Part shown: positions 1 to 10,281 of the stretch, piece after piece
How positions within the stretch are numbered: the first letter of the stretch is position 1
How the letters are laid out: the number at the start of each line of letters is the position of its first letter
Source of the DNA: a virus
DNA: 64,000 bases
Virus record (IMG/VR): IMGVR_UViG_3300042469_000981
Strand: one strand, 5' to 3'
The notes under the pieces: model-generated
Seen by the model: only the letters and a program-made list of their open reading frames with translations
Told to the model about the DNA's origin: nothing
Databases searched by the model: none
Program-made: the position numbers and the translations under genes

Positions 1-22
1 TTTAATCTTATTTTTACTATTA

Positions 23-511
23 TTAGAAATTTAACACACAGTAATCAGGTTGAACAGTCATTGTAATGTTAACAGCAGTATCAACAGTATCCCAACTGTA
101 ATCACCGAAGTTAGCATCTGTGATTAAAGCACCTTTAATAATCCATTCTGATACGATATCGCCTACAGGTCCTAATACATCGAAAGTTAAGTCTTTCTTG
201 TAGAAATCACTATAACCATCACGACCAGTTACTGATTCGTGGTGTAAACGTACCCATTCCATTACAGCCTGAGCTCCTGAAGGAGTAATAGGATCGAATA
301 ATGTAAATTGGATAGTACCCCAAGTGGTTTTACCTTTTACAAAGCGTTGAACGTTTATATGGTTTAAAGGAACAGTACCTTGAGTTAATGTGACTGCACC
401 AACACCTTTAATCTCATACGCTGGTATACCGTCAATATACATAATGAATCGGTTTGCCTGTTTGGGTTCAAAGGCTGTGAAAAATATTTCGTTTGGATCT
501 AATACTGCCAT
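23..511 (-). CDS. gp19: Tail tube protein (T4 gp19-like)
   Basis: 162 aa; FEPKQANRFIMYIDGIP, TWGTIQFTLFDPITPSGAQAVMEW and WIIKGALITDANFGDY motifs; directly downstream of the sheath gene. Confidence 0.9.
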   Translation of the reverse strand: MAVLDPNEIFFTAFEPKQANRFIMYIDGIPAYEIKGVGAVTLTQGTVPLNHINVQRFVKGKTTWGTIQFTLFDPITPSGAQAVMEWVRLHHESVTGRDGYSDFYKKDLTFDVLGPVGDIVSEWIIKGALITDANFGDYSWDTVDTAVNITMTVQPDYCVLNF

Positions 512-532
512 TTTATTTATTTATTTGTTTTG

Positions 533-542
533 TTATAAATAT
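533..542 (-). promoter_or_regulatory. ATATTTATAA late-promoter-like motif (one of about 20 copies)
   Basis: Motif 21 nt upstream of the tube ATG; recurs before many structural genes (see findings). Confidence 0.6.
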
Positions 543-557
543 TCTGTTTTTAAAAAA

Positions 558-2315
558 TTACGCTGGGAAAGTTGCTCCAGTAGGTAAGATGTTGAAATCC
601 AAGTAAATGAATTCAGCTGTCTTAGTCGGCTGTAAGTAAATTTGACCAACCAATTGGTTTCTATCAATTACATCAGGAGTGTTATTGCTATCATCCATTA
701 CTACTTTAAAAGCATACAAACCTTGACGTTGTTGAACTGATTCCAAATATGGGTTAACTTGGTTCAAGAAACTAGTACGAGTAGCAATTGTGTTCTGTTC
801 AAATACCAAGTTTTGAGCAACTTGAGAAATGTAAGATTTAAGAGCAATTAACAAACGACGAACGTTTACACGATCCAAAGCGCTAGCTTTAGTTTGTAAT
901 GTTTTTTGTCCGTAAACTACAACTCCAGTTCCGGGGAAAGTAGCAATTGGGTTAACTTTATTTTGATATAAAGTGTCGCGTTGTGATTGAGTCAATTTCT
1001 TTTCAGCTCTTACCACTGTGCTTAAACCACCTCTGTTAATACCTGCAGGTGCAAACCAAGGCTCTGATACTGTATCATTGTAAGCATAAACACCACCAAC
1101 CATAGTTGAAGCTGGTACCCAAACCAATTGAGCAGAATCTGGATCAACTGTTTGAACCCAAGGCCAGTATGAAGCAGCGTATGAAGTATTTTTAGCGTTA
1201 GCAGCTGAGGTAGCATCATTAACACTTGAACTAAAAGGTACTAAATCAGTTACATAAATAGCATCTCCACGATTTTGAGTGTTACTAATGATTGATGTTA
1301 CTTGGGAAGCACCAATAGTAGCTGTATTAGCAAATAAACCAGGAGTTAACAATACATTGTATCTGTAGTCATCAGCATTAGCCATCAAACTAATCATATC
1401 ACTGTAATCGCTGCCTGTTAAACCTTGAGTGTTAGTTGAAGCAACATCAATGTTATTATAATAATCAGCGCCTGAACCGAATAAATCACCAACAGCACCT
1501 ATGAATGATCCACTTGCGTTAGCTGGAAGAGATCCGGTTAATGTTGATTTAGCTATACCGTTATTATCAAAATAGAATGGTGTAGGAGTTTTAACACTTT
1601 GTACATACACGTATCTTGAATTGTTAGGATAGTCTCCAGTGATTGAAATTTGGTTATCTACAGAATTGTAAGATTTTACTTGGTTACCAATTATTCTAGA
1701 TACGAAATTAGGAGCGGTTGGGTCCATTGATAAGTTAGTCCAACTTTCTAATACAGTAATGTTATTTGTAGTGTCATCACCTTGACGAATAAACAAACTA
1801 AAAGTACCGTTAGCGGTATCTTGGTTTGCAATTTGCCATCTGATATTATCAGCTGAACCTGAAGCTGTTAATGATCCACTAGCATCTAATGAGCAAGAAC
1901 TGTTCATTAATTTACCTTGTGAAATAGTATTTAATACTAAAGCTTCAGCTGCTGAGGCTGAGTTTAAAATAGATACTCCACCACCTGATCCACCAGTTAC
2001 TGAACCTGTAGCGGTTGTAGCTGAAGTGAATGAACCACTCACTACTCGTGATACCAACAATGTCTCTCCACCGTTATTAAAATAGTTGAAAGCAGCAATT
2101 GAGGTGAAATAAGTGTAAACTTGGCTAGCACTTAAAAAAGTAGTACCAAATTTATTCTGATAATCACTGTATGAAGTAACGATTGTAGGAATTTCTACAG
2201 GGCCTTTAACAGTAGGACCAATAAGAGCGGCTCCTACAGTTACTGGCTGTTGGGTGATAAATGACTGATCGTTTTCAAGTGCGAGTACGCCAGGGGATAT
2301 TAAAGTTTCTGCCAT
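558..2315 (-). CDS. gp18: Tail sheath protein (T4 gp18-like)
   Basis: 585 aa; N-terminal ISPGV, C-terminal PWFAPAGINRG, NKVNPIATFPGTGVVVYGQKTLQ and DRVNVRRLL sheath signatures. Confidence 0.95.
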   Translation of the reverse strand: MAETLISPGVLALENDQSFITQQPVTVGAALIGPTVKGPVEIPTIVTSYSDYQNKFGTTFLSASQVYTYFTSIAAFNYFNNGGETLLVSRVVSGSFTSATTATGSVTGGSGGGVSILNSASAAEALVLNTISQGKLMNSSCSLDASGSLTASGSADNIRWQIANQDTANGTFSLFIRQGDDTTNNITVLESWTNLSMDPTAPNFVSRIIGNQVKSYNSVDNQISITGDYPNNSRYVYVQSVKTPTPFYFDNNGIAKSTLTGSLPANASGSFIGAVGDLFGSGADYYNNIDVASTNTQGLTGSDYSDMISLMANADDYRYNVLLTPGLFANTATIGASQVTSIISNTQNRGDAIYVTDLVPFSSSVNDATSAANAKNTSYAASYWPWVQTVDPDSAQLVWVPASTMVGGVYAYNDTVSEPWFAPAGINRGGLSTVVRAEKKLTQSQRDTLYQNKVNPIATFPGTGVVVYGQKTLQTKASALDRVNVRRLLIALKSYISQVAQNLVFEQNTIATRTSFLNQVNPYLESVQQRQGLYAFKVVMDDSNNTPDVIDRNQLVGQIYLQPTKTAEFIYLDFNILPTGATFPA

Positions 2316-2370
2316 GTTTTAAAAATTAATGATTTTTATTCTATGATAAATATCATAGAAAAAATCAAAA

Positions 2371-2622
2371 TTAACCCACTACAGTAATTTCTCCCTTGTC
2401 CAAATCTATACTTCCGTTACCGTACTTAGATTGAAGAGTATTGTTTAATGTAGCTTCTGAGTTCATAACTTCTACTAAAAGATTAGTTAATGTTTCTTTT
2501 TGTAAAGTTAATTCTTGGATTCTTATTTCAATAAAACCAAAATCAGCCATTAACTGTTCTCTTTTCACTTTTAAATCCTTAATTGCTTGGATTTCTTCTT
2601 GTTCTAAAACTTTTGTTTCCAT
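2371..2622 (-). CDS. Small coiled-coil protein, paralogue of 23739..24017 (possible fibre-assembly chaperone)
   Basis: 83 aa; shares EI.A.K....L..(D/E)FG and L..KYG.G.I....GE(I/F) with 23739..24017. Confidence 0.6.
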   Translation of the reverse strand: METKVLEQEEIQAIKDLKVKREQLMADFGFIEIRIQELTLQKETLTNLLVEVMNSEATLNNTLQSKYGNGSIDLDKGEITVVG

Positions 2623-2632
2623 ATGTTATTTT

Positions 2633-3409
2633 TTAAATATAAGTTCCAATAAATGTAAAATCAACACCACCAGGAGCAGCACTTTCAAAAGTAATTGATG
2701 TATTATTACTTGTAAGAGCGGTCACCACTTGATTAGATTGAGATACTGCTAATCCTAAAAATAAATTTTGATTTAATGTTTTGCCAGTTAAATCAACTGG
2801 GCTTACAGTTACTACAGCCTGATATGGAGGGGTTGTTGATGTTTTACCAGCTCCAGCAAACATTTTTAATATACCAGCTACTGCTACTACTGAACCACTA
2901 GGTACATAATAACTTGTATTACCTAAAGTTGAAGTAGATGTATCTGAAGTAGCAGCTGATACAGCATTAGAGGCTGAAACAGCATAAGAAGCAGTTCCTG
3001 CTACACTACCAGATAATGAACCTGTAATAGAGGTAAATTTACCTACTGAGCCTGAAACTGTCATTCCGCCTAGTCCACCTAGCACATTAAGAGAAGGATT
3101 GTAGTAAGGACCGTTAGTACCATCCGCTGCTAATTGATAATAATCATCTAAAGCAGCTGTTGAGTTTTTAAATACTAATGTATATTCATTGTTTGTAGAA
3201 GCATTACTAGCTACAAATATTTTACTAGAAGAAACAGCATTAGTAAAAAAACCACTACCTGTAGTCGCTCCAGAGAATGCAAATGAACCAGATAATGTTA
3301 TGGCGTATCCCTCAGTACCAGTAAATGCGTCAACTGATTGAGTTACTTGTCCGGGTAATATAACATTACCGTTAGATATACCTGATGTAGAGAGGGTTTT
3401 TAATGCCAT
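2633..3409 (-). CDS. Ser/Thr/Gly-rich virion fibre-like protein
   Basis: 258 aa; beta-rich composition, six [ST]GS motifs, structural-gene context. Confidence 0.55.
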   Translation of the reverse strand: MALKTLSTSGISNGNVILPGQVTQSVDAFTGTEGYAITLSGSFAFSGATTGSGFFTNAVSSSKIFVASNASTNNEYTLVFKNSTAALDDYYQLAADGTNGPYYNPSLNVLGGLGGMTVSGSVGKFTSITGSLSGSVAGTASYAVSASNAVSAATSDTSTSTLGNTSYYVPSGSVVAVAGILKMFAGAGKTSTTPPYQAVVTVSPVDLTGKTLNQNLFLGLAVSQSNQVVTALTSNNTSITFESAAPGGVDFTFIGTYI

Positions 3410-3446
3410 ATGTTAATAAATATATGTTTTTTAGTTAAGTTTTAAA

Positions 3447-5816
3447 TTATAGTCCGAATCTTCCTTTGGTTGCATTATAGTTTTGAGCTATTTCGGTTGC
3501 AGATAATGCTCTGTTGTATATTCTAAAAGCAGCCATCTTATTAGGAGCTTTATCATAAGAGGGTGTTGTAACTGCAGAAAGCTGGTAAGCGTTTCCGGTC
3601 ATTAATTCAAATGTAGAAGCTATATTCATAGTACTTGCTTGTTGAACTCCGTTAACAAACATTTTTACAGTAGTGCCGTCATAAGTCATACTGTATAGTT
3701 TAAAAGTTGCTGAAGGATTTAGTAAGTCTGAAGTAATTTCTGAATAACCAGCTCCGGGATTAATAGCTATCCTAAATCTAGCAGAAGACGTGTTCCCTAC
3801 AAGGCCTATAAACGTGTTTCCACTCATTACCAAATGTGGATATCCTCCAGTTGAATTACCTGTTAATTTACAGTAGTATTCTAAAGTTACAGCACTGAGA
3901 ACTGGTTTATTACCAGTAACGGAGTCATCAATTCCATCAAAGTCGATACAACCACCGCTATCAATGTTAAAGCTAGGTCCATTAATTAAAGTACCGTTAT
4001 TAGCATTTCCGCTTAAATCAGTCCATGTTGTTCCTGTTCCGGGGTATGAATCTTTATTAGCTGAATCTAAATTAATTATTAATCCGTTTGTTACTATTTG
4101 TTGGCCTTGGAATTTGTCTTTAGTTGCTTGATAGTTTTGTTGGACTTCTGATGCTGTGAGTGCTTTACTATATATTCTAGTGTTTGCAATTTTTCCATTA
4201 AATTCATATCCTCCTGCTCCCGTAAATCTTGCAATATACAGAGGTACATTAGGTGTAGTGCCAGAAGATGTACCTGTTGTATTTTCCAGTACTCCATTTA
4301 CATAAACTTTAGCTTGGTAATTTACACTAGCATCTACTGTTACAATAACATGAAACCAGGTATTAGGAGCTATTTGAGTAGTTGAAGGTAAATTAGTGTA
4401 AATCCATCCACTTCCATCTCCAAAATGTGAGTTAAAAAAACCATTTGATATTTCAAATCTAATTCCTAAATTCACATCTAGGATTACTTTTTGAGCTGTA
4501 GTATAAACATTAGGATTTAACCACATTTCTGTACTCCAATTAGATAATGATGGGAAATTAGATGTTACAGCATAATCATCTACTCCATCAAAATTAATAA
4601 TACCACCGTTTATATTATTAAAAGTAGGTCCGTTAGTCAATGTAGCACTAGCTACACTACCTGTTAAGTTATACCATGCTGTTCCTGATTTAGGATATGA
4701 TACTAAATTATTAGCATCTACCATGAATACTAATCCATCTTGAACAATATTACTTTGGAAATAGTTTTGTTTAACTTCTGAAAGTGATAATGCTTTAGAA
4801 TATATTTTAGAATTATTTATATTACCCTGTCTATAAGAATTATAAATATCACTTCCTATATAAGCTTTGGTAGCATTAGATGCTGTATAAGTTGTAATAG
4901 CAGAATTTGATGAGGCGATAGAAGTTCCGTTAACATATAAAGTCCCTGTGTACGATGCACCATTTTTACTCCATGTACCCACAACATGGAAAAATTTTCC
5001 TGTAGCTATATTTGTTGAAGTATAAGTAGTAGAAGAATCAATTAAGTAACTTTGAACAGTGGTATCTATCTGCCAATAAAAACTACCATTTTGTAATCCG
5101 TTTCTCCATTGACCTAAAGTTATATGAGCATAATTGCCTGATGGATAGTTTATGTCATTTACAGACATTAATGTATGATAAGCATTATCATTAGTTGTTG
5201 TACTACATAACATTTCGAATGTAATATCCTGATTATTAAAGGTAGTAGGAGCTATATTAGTTATACTACACGTAACAAAATCATCAACACCATCTAAAAA
5301 AATAGTTCCTAAGGAAGAATTAAAAGTAGGACCGTTAATTAAAGAGCCGTTATTTCCAAAACCACTTGCGTCATACCAACTAGTTCCTGTTTGTGGATAT
5401 GATGTAGGTTGATTAGCATCAACATACAAAACTAACTCATCAGCATCAATCCTAGGAATAGGATTATCCGAGTTATTAATAAAGAAATTATTTGTTACAA
5501 CCCAGTTATAAGCACTACCTGTTGTAGTAAAGTTTCTAGGAGAACCCGGTAATGTATTAGCGGCATAAACAATATTTGCCGAACTGTTATTATAAGCCGG
5601 ATAAAATAAAGGTTTACCTGCCGGTCCTCTACCTAAACTAGTTGAATTACCTATAAAGATAACATTGTTTTCTGCCGGTACTTCACTCATCCAAGATAGT
5701 CCTCCAAAACCTCCTCTGTAGTTACGCTGTTGTCCATCAACAACATATGAGATACTGTTTTCTTGTATACTACCTGATACTGGTGTTCCGGGGTTATATG
5801 ATACTGGTTGTGGCAT
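3447..5816 (-). CDS. Multi-LamG (ConA-like lectin) receptor-binding/tail protein, 3 LamG domains
   Basis: 789 aa; three GL(V/I)xxxD(A/S)xxxxSYPxxGTxWxDxSG...NGPxF...YxxALSxxE(V/I)xQNY modules. Confidence 0.85.
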   Translation of the reverse strand: MPQPVSYNPGTPVSGSIQENSISYVVDGQQRNYRGGFGGLSWMSEVPAENNVIFIGNSTSLGRGPAGKPLFYPAYNNSSANIVYAANTLPGSPRNFTTTGSAYNWVVTNNFFINNSDNPIPRIDADELVLYVDANQPTSYPQTGTSWYDASGFGNNGSLINGPTFNSSLGTIFLDGVDDFVTCSITNIAPTTFNNQDITFEMLCSTTTNDNAYHTLMSVNDINYPSGNYAHITLGQWRNGLQNGSFYWQIDTTVQSYLIDSSTTYTSTNIATGKFFHVVGTWSKNGASYTGTLYVNGTSIASSNSAITTYTASNATKAYIGSDIYNSYRQGNINNSKIYSKALSLSEVKQNYFQSNIVQDGLVFMVDANNLVSYPKSGTAWYNLTGSVASATLTNGPTFNNINGGIINFDGVDDYAVTSNFPSLSNWSTEMWLNPNVYTTAQKVILDVNLGIRFEISNGFFNSHFGDGSGWIYTNLPSTTQIAPNTWFHVIVTVDASVNYQAKVYVNGVLENTTGTSSGTTPNVPLYIARFTGAGGYEFNGKIANTRIYSKALTASEVQQNYQATKDKFQGQQIVTNGLIINLDSANKDSYPGTGTTWTDLSGNANNGTLINGPSFNIDSGGCIDFDGIDDSVTGNKPVLSAVTLEYYCKLTGNSTGGYPHLVMSGNTFIGLVGNTSSARFRIAINPGAGYSEITSDLLNPSATFKLYSMTYDGTTVKMFVNGVQQASTMNIASTFELMTGNAYQLSAVTTPSYDKAPNKMAAFRIYNRALSATEIAQNYNATKGRFGL

Positions 5817-5822
5817 TTAGTT

Positions 5823-6074
5823 TTAGTAATATAAAGATCCAGTTATTATCCATTCTGGTTGAGAAAGAATAACTAAAGCTTCATTATAATTATAAGGACC
5901 TTGTTTGGTATTTAAAGCATTAACTGAAGAGGGTATCTCTCCAAGCCATCTGACTGTTGATAAGGATTCATTTTGAGTTTTTCTAGTAGTAGATGGTGAA
6001 ATTTCTTCTACTTGAGAATAATCAATAGTTCCTATTTCAGAAGTGTTAAATATTATATAAGTTGATTCTTCCAT
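5823..6074 (-). CDS. Small partner protein of LamG fibre gene (paralogue of 8490..8771)
   Basis: 83 aa; (Y/F)xIFNxxE...IDxxQVxE...RK...PSSVxALxTK...YxYxExLxILxxPEW shared with 8490..8771. Confidence 0.65.
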   Translation of the reverse strand: MEESTYIIFNTSEIGTIDYSQVEEISPSTTRKTQNESLSTVRWLGEIPSSVNALNTKQGPYNYNEALVILSQPEWIITGSLYY

Positions 6075-6076
6075 AA

Positions 6077-8485
6077 TTAAACTCCATATTGAGATTTAAT
6101 AGCATTATAATTTTGAGTTACTTCTGTTGATGATAAAGTTCGATTATATAACCGACATATTCCCATCTTTCCAGCCCAAGCTGGCCTATCATCTGTGATT
6201 ACTCCTCCTCCAATATCTAATCTTCCAGAACTGTATAATGTAATATTTGGAGTTGGAGAAACAGTAACATTAACTATTAAATTATTATTTAAATAACATC
6301 TTAAATTACTTGATGAAGGATTGTAAGTTTCAACATAATGAAAATTATTTCCAAATCCTACATTGCTTGAAAAATTAGGAACCATTACATAATCATTACC
6401 AAAATAATATTTATATAAACCATCAGCTCCAACATTATAATATATACCGTTAGATTGATTGGGATTTTGTTGGCCATAAGCAAATAAATGCCAGTTATTG
6501 CCATTGTTTAGCATATTAGCTACAATCTCAATACTATAATTAGGATTTCCTGTAGGTAAGCTTGTAGTAGTATCTGTTCTAAAGAAGTAGTCAGTATCAC
6601 TATTTGTAGGATTCCAATTAAACATACCTCCACCGGGTACTTGGTTCCAATTTATTTGTGAATTACCATTAGTTCCACCGACAGGATTTTGTAACCATGC
6701 TACATTATTTCCATTTCCTGAAATATCATACCATGTTGTTCCTGTTCCTGGGTATGAATCTAAATTGTCTGCTTCTAAATTAAGTACTAATCCGTTTGTT
6801 ACTGGGCCAGCTGGTGTTTCAAATCTGTATTGTTCAGCTTGATAGTTTTGGAGGATTTCGGATGCGGAGAGTGCTTTATTGTATATTTTAGTATTGGCTA
6901 CAGTACCATCAAAATATCTTCCTGAGATATTTATTCTTCCAATATCTAATTGGACTGTAGTGTTACTATTTGTATTTGCTCCAGCACCAGAGGATACTAA
7001 AACCCCATCAACATATATTTCAGCAGTTGTTGCTCCTGTTCTTTGACATGATATATGCCTCCAGGCTCCATTATTTACAGATGTTGTAGATATTAAAAAC
7101 GCACCTCCATCCCAGCCAAAACCAACATATCTATTTGTAGGACTTAATTGAATCCATAATCCTGTACCAGCTGCATCATCATATTTAGAAACAACTCCCA
7201 TATAGTCACTTGAACTTTGATTAGAAGTTTTTATCCAACAAGAAACATTAAAGTTTCCTGTTCCAAAATCTAAACCTGTAGAACCAAAATTAACATAGTC
7301 ATCTGTACCATCAAATACAATTGAACCACCATTGTTTATGTTAAAAGTAGGTCCATTAGTTAATGCACCATTACCTACACTACCTGTTAAATTATACCAC
7401 GCTGTTCCTGATTTAGGGTATGATACTATATTATTAGCATCTACAGCAAATACTAGACCGTCTGTGACTATTGGTGCTCCAAAATAGTTTTGTTTGACTT
7501 GAGCTTCTGTTAAAGCTCTAGGATAAACTTGAGTGTTTGCTATACTTCCATTAAAGTGATATCCTGTAGTTGAACCATTATACCAACTACCAATTCTTTC
7601 ACCGTTATTATTGACTTGGATTGTGGCATTATATGTTGTTGATAAAACATTAGTACCGTTGATATACATTTTTGCAACACTACCATCATAAGTAACAATA
7701 GTGTTATACCATCTATTTGCTATAAAATAAGTTGAACTACCAACTTGGAAATCTTGCATTCCAATCCCATTAAACATAAACCTTAATTTAAAAGTAGGAT
7801 TTTCAAAAAATAAAGCATATTGAGTATTCACATATCCTTTTTCAAATAAAAATCCATTTTGTGATGCTAATGCTGGAGAAAAAGTACTACTAACTGTAAT
7901 ACTGTCACTATTTAATGCTGTGTCATTAGGGAAGTTTACATAATCATCAGTACCGTCAAAAGCAAAATATCCATTTGAATTCCATGTAGGACTATTAGTT
8001 AAAGTTCCATTTGTGCCTTTCCCACTTAAATCTCTCCAGTTAGTCCCTGTTTGTGGATATGAAGACATTTTAGAAGCATCTACATCAAATGCTAAACTAT
8101 CAGCATCTACTCCCTCAAATGGATCATTTGACTCTAAAATAAAATAACCTCTAGCATTTATTAAATCGTTTAATGCAACATTGGCATCAGAATAATTACC
8201 CGGTGAACCAGGTATACGATTAGCCGTATATAAAATAGCTGCCGAACCTGTTCCATTACAAGAATAAAACAATGGTACTGCTAGACTAGGATTACCTTCA
8301 AACCCTTGAGTATAAGTGTCTGTTACAAAAACAATTGGGGCAGCACCGTCTGCCGAAGGTACCCATTTTTTAGAAGCAAAGGTAGTATAGTCCCTATTAC
8401 CACTGTCTACAGTGTAATTAACATTACCTCCCCTGATGCTTCCTGATAAAGGACCAGAAGCATTATATGCTATAGGTCTAGACAT
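6077..8485 (-). CDS. Multi-LamG receptor-binding/tail protein, 3 LamG domains
   Basis: 802 aa; same module architecture and N-terminal P(V/I)xYN...SGSI domain as 3447..5816. Confidence 0.85.
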   Translation of the reverse strand: MSRPIAYNASGPLSGSIRGGNVNYTVDSGNRDYTTFASKKWVPSADGAAPIVFVTDTYTQGFEGNPSLAVPLFYSCNGTGSAAILYTANRIPGSPGNYSDANVALNDLINARGYFILESNDPFEGVDADSLAFDVDASKMSSYPQTGTNWRDLSGKGTNGTLTNSPTWNSNGYFAFDGTDDYVNFPNDTALNSDSITVSSTFSPALASQNGFLFEKGYVNTQYALFFENPTFKLRFMFNGIGMQDFQVGSSTYFIANRWYNTIVTYDGSVAKMYINGTNVLSTTYNATIQVNNNGERIGSWYNGSTTGYHFNGSIANTQVYPRALTEAQVKQNYFGAPIVTDGLVFAVDANNIVSYPKSGTAWYNLTGSVGNGALTNGPTFNINNGGSIVFDGTDDYVNFGSTGLDFGTGNFNVSCWIKTSNQSSSDYMGVVSKYDDAAGTGLWIQLSPTNRYVGFGWDGGAFLISTTSVNNGAWRHISCQRTGATTAEIYVDGVLVSSGAGANTNSNTTVQLDIGRINISGRYFDGTVANTKIYNKALSASEILQNYQAEQYRFETPAGPVTNGLVLNLEADNLDSYPGTGTTWYDISGNGNNVAWLQNPVGGTNGNSQINWNQVPGGGMFNWNPTNSDTDYFFRTDTTTSLPTGNPNYSIEIVANMLNNGNNWHLFAYGQQNPNQSNGIYYNVGADGLYKYYFGNDYVMVPNFSSNVGFGNNFHYVETYNPSSSNLRCYLNNNLIVNVTVSPTPNITLYSSGRLDIGGGVITDDRPAWAGKMGICRLYNRTLSSTEVTQNYNAIKSQYGV

Positions 8486-8489
8486 TTAA

Positions 8490-8771
8490 TTAAGCTGCTG
8501 AACCTGAAGGGAATGGATTAGGATCTGTCCATTCTGGAGTTGCTAAAATAGTTAAAATCTCATCGTATGTGTATTCGATTGATTTTGTAGTTAAAGCAGC
8601 AACTGATGAAGGTTGAGGCATATCGTATTTAACGAATGTTTGAGTTTTATCAACTGATTTACGAACTGTATCAATTGAGGTTTCATAGACTTGATTAAAG
8701 TCGATTAAAGGAAGTTCTGTAACGTTAAAAATTACAAAGCGTCTGTTTGCGTATTCTTCTTGTGTTGTCAT
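8490..8771 (-). CDS. Small partner protein of LamG/Gly-rich fibre gene (paralogue of 5823..6074)
   Basis: 93 aa; alignment by eye to 5823..6074; own ATATTTATAA motif at 8784..8793. Confidence 0.65.
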   Translation of the reverse strand: MTTQEEYANRRFVIFNVTELPLIDFNQVYETSIDTVRKSVDKTQTFVKYDMPQPSSVAALTTKSIEYTYDEILTILATPEWTDPNPFPSGSAA

Positions 8772-8796
8772 TTTATTATTTTGTTATAAATATTAA

Positions 8797-10281
8797 TTAT
8801 AAACCAAATCTTGCTTTTTGTGCATTGTAGTTTTGAAGAACCTCAGCAGCTGATAGACCTCTACTATAGACTCTTAAAGTAGATAAATTCCCTGGAAAGG
8901 CATAAGATGAATTTGAGCTAAACCCAGGACCATCAAAACTTGAATTTGTAGATGTTGCTGATGTTGAAGTTATTAGTTGTCCATTAATATATAATGAAGC
9001 TGTGCCTCCGGTTAGATTACCGGTGTATGATAATAAAAGTTGCCTCCAGGTACTGTCCCCAAGATTAATTGTATGAGTTAAACTTACAAATGTTCTTGTC
9101 CCATTAATAAAGTTCAAACAACGTAGTGTGTTAGGTGTATAATAAACAGCGTGACATCCTGGGGTGTCAATAGTACCTGTTCCATATTTTAGTAATTCAA
9201 CTTGTTTATTGGTTGTTTGTTTGAACCACATTTCTAAAGTGCTTCCATTATTTAAAGTTCCCCCAGCTATTGTAACAAAATCATCACTACCATCAAATGT
9301 TAAAGTACCCCCATTTTGATAAGAATTAAACCCTATTCCATTAACTAACGTTCCATTATTACTATTCCCACTTACATCATTCCACAAATATGGTGTAAAC
9401 GTTCCACTAGTGGTAAATGTATGGATTGTGTATCCGTTTAGGTATGTAATTGTACCTCCGGTTGCTGCTGGGAGACCTGGGTAACGTACTATAACTATGC
9501 CTGAGCCACCGTTACCACCACTTCCACCACCACCACCAGAGTTTCCTCCTCCGCCACCACCAGTATTGGCAGTAGCAGCAAACCCATTTACATTAATTCC
9601 ACCAGCACCATTACCTCCACCACCAAGTCCTCCTGTGCCTCCTGGTGGGTTTGGGTATGTTCCACCACCTCCACCCCCTGCGTAATAAGTAGAGGTTCCT
9701 GAAATAGAATATGCATTTCCATTCCCACCATTACCAGCTGTACTCCCATTGGCATTTTGACCAGTTTGTCCAGCTCCACCACCACCACCAGCACCACCAC
9801 TAGTAGTATTTGGGTCTCCTATACCACCGTTAAATCCTTGCCCAGCCGTTCCTAAACCGAAGATTGTACGTTCACTACTAACCCAACCTCCAGCTCCTCC
9901 TCCTGAGCCACCATTCTTTACAGGACCATAAACATAAGCTCCGGATCCATTAGCTCCTCCTCCACCTCCAATAGCAGTGAGTGAACCAAATACAGAATTA
10001 TTTCCACTTGTACTTTGACCAGCAGGAGGTCCACCAGATCCACCAGCACCAACAGTTACAGTAATAGCAGCGGCATTAGTTAATTGATAAGCACTGTTAT
10101 ATATTAAACCACCAGCACCTCCGCCACCACCAAAGTCAAATCCACCTCCACCACCACCAGCAACAACTAATACCTCAACATATGGAGGTTGTGAGCGAGT
10201 GTATGAATCCGGATCGCCTGCATCTAGGTTTAATACTAAACCATTTGTTACTATACCTTGTGGACCTTCAAATCTACTCAT
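8797..10281 (-). CDS. LamG domain split by an inserted glycine-rich (polyglycine-II type) domain
   Basis: 494 aa; GLVLNLDAGDPDSY, then VEVLVVAGGGGGG...GGSGIVIVRY, then WNDVSGNSNNGTLVNG...ALSAAEVLQNY-like LamG remainder. Confidence 0.8.
   Translation of the reverse strand: MSRFEGPQGIVTNGLVLNLDAGDPDSYTRSQPPYVEVLVVAGGGGGGFDFGGGGGAGGLIYNSAYQLTNAAAITVTVGAGGSGGPPAGQSTSGNNSVFGSLTAIGGGGGANGSGAYVYGPVKNGGSGGGAGGWVSSERTIFGLGTAGQGFNGGIGDPNTTSGGAGGGGGAGQTGQNANGSTAGNGGNGNAYSISGTSTYYAGGGGGGTYPNPPGGTGGLGGGGNGAGGINVNGFAATANTGGGGGGNSGGGGGSGGNGGSGIVIVRYPGLPAATGGTITYLNGYTIHTFTTSGTFTPYLWNDVSGNSNNGTLVNGIGFNSYQNGGTLTFDGSDDFVTIAGGTLNNGSTLEMWFKQTTNKQVELLKYGTGTIDTPGCHAVYYTPNTLRCLNFINGTRTFVSLTHTINLGDSTWRQLLLSYTGNLTGGTASLYINGQLITSTSATSTNSSFDGPGFSSNSSYAFPGNLSTLRVYSRGLSAAEVLQNYNAQKARFGL

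Noticed and set aside
2339-2360. Perfect 10-bp inverted repeat TTCTATGATA-aa-TATCATAGAA over the sheath upstream motif
   Set aside because: AT-rich, single occurrence, 2-nt loop. It may be chance, and is insufficient to call an operator.
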